From the human T2T-CHM13v2.0 reference genome, Homo sapiens: DNA of 64,000 nucleotides. This document shows, in pieces, positions 57,852-64,000 of the stretch (its first letter is position 1; each line of letters opens with the position of its first letter). The translations under genes were made by a program, and so were the position numbers. The stretch lies in the NCBI RefSeq assembly GCF_009914755.1, contig NC_060927.1. One strand, 5' to 3'. The notes under the pieces are model-generated. The model was not told the DNA's origin and searched no databases. It saw only the letters and a program-made list of their open reading frames with translations.

Positions 57852-58564
57852 TAAAACTCTAAAAAGGTGAGGGTGATTGTTTTGGGGGAAAAGACAAATT
57901 CTTGTTTGTTTCTGAAACAGAGTAGAAGAGTTGAGAAACTGTAGGCCCTTGAACAAAAGGAACCCAAGCAAGAAAGGAGGCCAGCATGCCCAATCCCTGG
58001 GATGAAGAGGGAAGAAAACAAACTGGGAAAAAGGCAGAGAGCCCAGGGGAGAAGTGGACACAGGCGGGGAGCTGGCTTCTTGCTAAGGCCGACCTTTCTG
58101 GCTGGGATATGGCAGGGCCTGGCCCCCTGACCAGCCACACCTGCAGCTCCAACTTGGCAGAACCCTCAGGGATTTGAGGGGAAGGTAGCTGATGACAACC
58201 AAGATGTGTGTTGTGTGCCAGCAACACACTGCCACGTATACTCCCTGCCTGGGGGATGGAGAAATCCCTCTGCCAGCTTTCAATGGACTTATTAATTCAC
58301 TGAACAAATATTTATGAAGTGTCTACAACAGGCCAATATTATTTCTTTCATTGAATCTGACCACAAGGAGATGTTCTTTAAAGAATCTATAGTTTATGTG
58401 AGCTGGATTGAATATTGATTCTTTTCATTTCAGTTGGCCCATCTTGCTTCCCAGCCTCTCACCTGTCTCCCTCCTCATGCTCCTACCTCCAATCCTACTG
58501 ATGCTTCATTGCTTCTTCTCCACATCCACTTCCCCAGGCAAAGACCGCTCACCCCAGCCCAGAC

Positions 58565-58684
58565 TTCACTAGTCTTCTCCCATGCCCGACCCCATTTCCA
58601 TGCATCCATGGCCTCACTGTTCTTTTCACTAGTCTTCTCCCATGCCCGACCCCATTTCCATGCATCCATGGCCTCACTGTTCTT
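58565..58684. repeat. Perfect 2 x 60-bp tandem duplication
   Basis: 58565-58624 is identical to 58625-58684. Confidence 0.98.
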
Positions 58685-59273
58685 CTCCCTGTGGGAATTC
58701 AGCTCCACAGTGGTGGCCTTGCCTAACCTGGTCCTTCTCCCGGATTTCACAGCAGCCTGGTACTGCCCACAGCCACACCATTTCACGGAGCCTCGTATTC
58801 ACACCCTGACAACCTCCCAACTTCTGCAAACCCTAAGTGCAATCTCTCTGTCTGCCTTTGCCTCCTCTCTTGCTTTCCCCAACCCTGCTTTCTGTTCTCA
58901 CAGGGAGCACTGATCCCTCAGCCTTGCCCACTTCTCCCAAACCACTGTCCTCTTGCGAGTGACACGAGCATAAGCTGCCAGTACACCAAGCCCATTCTCC
59001 CTTTCTTCTGGGGCACAAAGCTAGAGCAAGTCTCCCAGTTCTCATTGCAGTTAGGCATTGCCATGTGGCTGGGTTTTAGGCAACAGTGCTAGTAGGAAGA
59101 ATGTGGGCTACCCCTAGGCCCTGCTTGAAAGCATCCGCACACTCTCCTCCAGGCACATTCCTCATGACAACTGGCTAGGTTGTAAAATTTACAATGTTAG
59201 AGGGGAAACAAAATGTCCATTTTAAAAAATGATGGACAAAATAGATCATAAACTGCTGGGATTTGTTGTGTGT

Positions 59274-59661
59274 TGATATGGTTAGGCTTTGTGTTCCCAC
59301 CCAAATCTCATGTTGAATTGTAATCCCTATAATTCCCATAATCCTCACATATCAAGGGAGAAACCAAGTGGAGGTAACTGAATCATGGGGGCGGTTTCCC
59401 CTATGCTGTTCTCTTGATGGTGAGTGAGTTCTCCTGAGATCTGATAGTTTCATAAGGGGCTCTTCCCCCTTTGCTCAGCACTTCTCCTTCCTGACACCTT
59501 GTGAAGAAGGTGCATTGCTTCCCCTTCACCTTCCACCACGGTTGTAAGTTTCCTGAGGCCTCCCCAGCCATGGCGAACTGTGAGTCAATTCAACCCCTTT
59601 CCTTTATAAATTACCCAGTCTTGGGTACTTCCTTATAGCAATGTGAGAACAGACTAATACA
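59274..59661 (+). mobile_element. Solo THE1 (THE1D-like, ERVL-MaLR) LTR, 388 bp
   Basis: Starts TGATATGGTTAGGCTTTGTG, ends GAACAGACTAATACA; TSD tgtgt on both sides. Confidence 0.93.
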
Positions 59662-59916
59662 TGTGTCTTAAGCTGTGCTGTACAAACAGCACCATAAGGG
59701 CTGAGAAGCTGGCTGAGAAGCAGGCGGCCAAGGCTGTCTAGAACAAGGTAGAGAGTGTGCTGCAGAGAGGCAGGGGCAGCATGGACAGGCCAAGACAGGC
59801 AGTGACCCATACATCCTGGTCTCAGAGTAGGGGAGAGTCTGGCGACTCTGGATATGAGGGCAGAAAGTAAGTCTGAAACCCTCAGGTAAAGCATGGTGAG
59901 AAAATGAAGGCAAGAG

Positions 59917-60255
<339 letters not shown>

Positions 60256-60644
60256 GTAAACAAAAGCAAGAGAGCCAGGGCTGATGTGACACAGAGCCAA
60301 CTAAGAGAGAACCAGCAAGAGCACCGTGCAGGGAGTGGTGGGAAAGGACACTGATGGACTCATACATGATACCTGTGGGAGGAGACGTGGCCAGCAGGCA
60401 TGGAATTAGGTTACAAGGAATGTGAACTGCAGGGATAAGGAATCCTCATGCCCACTTCAAGTACAATAAGGGTAAGTCTTCATGGGATCTGGAGCAGGAG
60501 AATCCCCATGGAATGTACCATGGGATTCATCCTCATAGGTTGGGAACCTGGCCCTCACCGGCTGTCTACTGGGCAGCAACCCTCAGTGTACACACACATC
60601 ACATGCTTATTACATCTTTGATGATGTCCTGGGATATATGGTTA

Positions 60645-61010
<366 letters not shown>

Positions 61011-61861
61011 AACCATTCCTGAACTCTCCTAACCTGGCTCTCTAAAACACACCCATGTCCTGGGGAAAAGTCACCCCCAAAGAAGATGGGAAGCTGCATT
61101 CCAGGGCAGGGATCATAGGAATTTCTTCAGCTAAGAATGAGGCTCCTGATGAGCAGAGAGGGAGCCCAGTGGGCTGGACAGGGAACCTAAGTGTGGGCTG
61201 GGGTGATAACAAGCTCCTAGGGACACCTTCATTTACTGTCAGCATCAGGAAGTCTGACTTGTGGAAGTACTAGCACAAGGAAAGAAGCTATTTAAAGTAA
61301 AAATGGACCTGGCTTCTGGATTTTCTAGCCACATGTCACTAGAAAATACTCATGGATGACAGTGGCAGCCATTCAGGAGGCTCAGCTAATCAGCCTTGTC
61401 CACAAGTCCTCTCATGCACGGATCTCATTTTACACTCCCAGTCATGCTGGAGGGTGGGAACAATCACCTTCATTTTACATATCAAGAAATTAAGAGGAAA
61501 TCACAGCAAAACTGATTGAAACTTTGGTTTTTCTAACTTCATGTCTTTTTAACAGTACTCTTATATCAAATACAAATTCCTGCCAGATTCTTGGCTGGAT
61601 ACTGGGTATCCAAGATAAGACAGTTTAGTTTCTCAAGGAGATGATGATTTAGTTGGTAACAGGCATGAAAACAAATTAAAACAAAAAGAGGTTATAAATA
61701 CTAAAGAAGCACAGAGTACACGGAGACAAAGAGGTAGTCATGGCCTGCACCTAGCAGACACACAATAAATAGCCATCCAGTGAAATCCTTTGAGCAGCTA
61801 CTATGTGGTAAGCGCCATTCAGGAATACAGCAATGAAGAAAACAGATAGAACCCCTGCCCC

Positions 61862-62159
61862 AGTCGGGCATGGTGGATCACACCTATAATCCCAGCACTT
61901 TGGGAGGCCAAGGTGGGTGGATCACGAGGTCAGGAGTTCAAGACCAGCCTGGCCAAGACGGTGAAACCCCGTCTCTACTAAAAATACAAAAACTAGCCGG
62001 GTGTGGTGCCACGTGCCTGTAATCCCAGCTACTCAGGAGGCTGAGGCAGAGAATTGCTTAAACCCAGGAGGTGGAGGTGGCAGTGCGCCGAGATCATGCC
62101 ACTGCACTCCAACCTGGGCTACAGAATGAGACCCCATCTCAAAAGAAAAAAAAAAAAAA
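61862..62159 (+). mobile_element. AluSg-like
   Basis: Full dimer; TSD aacccctgccc. Confidence 0.93.
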
Positions 62160-62321
62160 GAACCCCTGCCCCTTACACTCCAGTGGAGGGAGCTTACATT
62201 CTCATATCAAATGGATACACAGATAAATAGACAGATGGATGGATGGATAAATGAATGGATAGACAGATGGAGACAGTCAGGTATGCAGGTCGTTATGGAG
62301 TAGATGAGGTTAAACTGATTA

Positions 62322-62622
62322 ATTTTTTTTTCTTTTTTGAGACAGGGTCTTGCTTTGTCGCCCAGGCTGGAGTGCAGTGGCACAATCTTGGCTCACTACA
62401 GCTCCTCCTACCGGGCTCAAGTGATCCTCCCACCTCAGCCCCCCAAGTAGCTGGGACTACAGGCATGCACTAGCACACCCAGCTAATTTTTTGTATTTTT
62501 TGTAGAGACGGGGTTTCGTCATGTTGCCCAGGCCGGTCTTGAACTTCTGAGCTCAAGCAATCCACTCACCTCAGCTTCCCAAAGTGCTGGGATTACAGGT
62601 GTGAGCCACTGCACACCAGGCC
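62322..62622 (-). mobile_element. AluJ
   Basis: Full dimer. Confidence 0.92.
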
Positions 62623-62625
62623 TGA

Positions 62626-62923
<298 letters not shown>

Positions 62924-62974
62924 GAATTGATTCTTAAAAACGATAAAACAAGGTATCAGTCAAGGAAAGGAGGG

Positions 62975-63303
62975 GCCGGGCATGGTGGCTCACATCTGTA
63001 ATCCCAGCACTTTGGGAGGCCAAGGCAAGAGAATCATTTGAGGTCAGGTGTTTCAGACAAGACTGGGAAACATAGAGAGATCCCACCTCTAAAAGATTTT
63101 TTTTCAATTAGCCGAGCACAGTGGCCCACACCTGTAGTCCCAGCTACCTGGTGGCTGAGGTAGGAGGACTGCTTGAGCCCAGGAGATGGAGGCTGTAGTG
63201 AGCTATGATCACATCACTGTATTCCAGCCTGGGTGACAGAGCAAGATCCTGTCTCAAAAAATAAAAATAAAAATAAAAATAAATAATAAATAAATAAATA
63301 AAA
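62975..63303 (+). mobile_element. AluJ
   Basis: Full dimer; TSD aaggaaaggagg. Confidence 0.92.
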
Positions 63304-63699
63304 GAAGGAAAGGAGGAAGAAAAAGCCAGGAAGGCTCTCCAGGGAGGGGAGAAACACCGGGAAGATCAGGCAGGGTTTCTCAAGCTGGGCTCTCTGGGTA
63401 TCTGCAGGTGGTTCCCTCTGGCTAAATGTCAGGTCAGACAAGAGATGATGGTAGGAGGAAGGCAAGAGCCACAGAGCTTGGATCTGCCCTGCAGGTCATA
63501 GAGAACGAAAGGAAGATTTTAAAGAAGGGTGATAACAAAGATGGTACAATTAATCACAAATATGATTAAAGGTTTATATGTTGGGAAGATTCCACTCTCA
63601 AAGTAAATTGAGAACTCCCAAAGTTTTAAAATTGGCATTTTAGAGAGTTCATATAGCAAGCAAGAGGCCATATAGTCTGGAGGGAAAAGCTTGGGCTCA

Positions 63700-63880
63700 G
63701 AGGTCAGATTAAAACCCCAGCTTTGGCACACTTGTGTGACCTTGAGTGAGTTATTTTACTGCTCTGAGTCTGAGATTTTCATCAATAAAACAAGTGTATT
63801 ACACCCACCTGACAGAGCTATTGTGAGGATCAGAGATATTGTATGATGTACAAAGTGTATGACATCTAGTAGAGTCCCCA
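63700..63880 (+). mobile_element. MIR
   Basis: tgtgtgaccttgagtgagttatt..tttcatcaataaaa..ctattgtgaggatca. Confidence 0.72.
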
Positions 63881-64000
63881 CATGATCATTTTTAGCCATC
63901 ATAGGTTAAAGGAATCCCTAGACCTCTGAGGCTGCCATGATGGAGACTAACCCCAGCCTCCCGTGAGCCATCTCTTGGTCCTCCTGACAGGGACCACACA

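Noticed and set aside
58434-58913. 159-aa ORF with a repeated 20-aa block
   Set aside because: The repeat comes from the 60-bp DNA duplication; no splice or homology support, and a TTG start

Overview
Primate (very probably human) genomic DNA from the middle of the integrin beta-5 gene (ITGB5), transcribed on the minus strand. Seven coding exons (conventional exons 3-9; 205, 250, 169, 162, 96, 90 and 135 nt) have canonical GT-AG boundaries. They splice into one 1107-nt open frame (369 aa, about residues 53-421: end of PSI, hybrid and beta-I domain with the DLSLS MIDAS motif). The other ~98% is intron: about 30 Alu/FLAM/FRAM copies, old and young L1 3' ends, MIR/L2 relics, solo LTRs (LTR7/HERV-H, THE1, MER21-like) and simple repeats. 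Nearly all ORFs in the supplied track are spurious. I found no new gene system, CRISPR array or structural RNA gene. The most unusual signals are small-scale: (1) two dispersed exact 28-36 bp 'doublets', each with a perfect fold-back at one copy; (2) two tiny unexplained A-tailed insertions with target-site duplications (TSDs) inside old L1s; (3) an intact antisense LTR7; (4) a dense E-box/FOX/CTCF/ARE motif cluster; (5) 60-bp and 119-bp tandem duplications. Repeat subfamily calls are by eye from remembered consensus sequences, and repeat boundaries are approximate.
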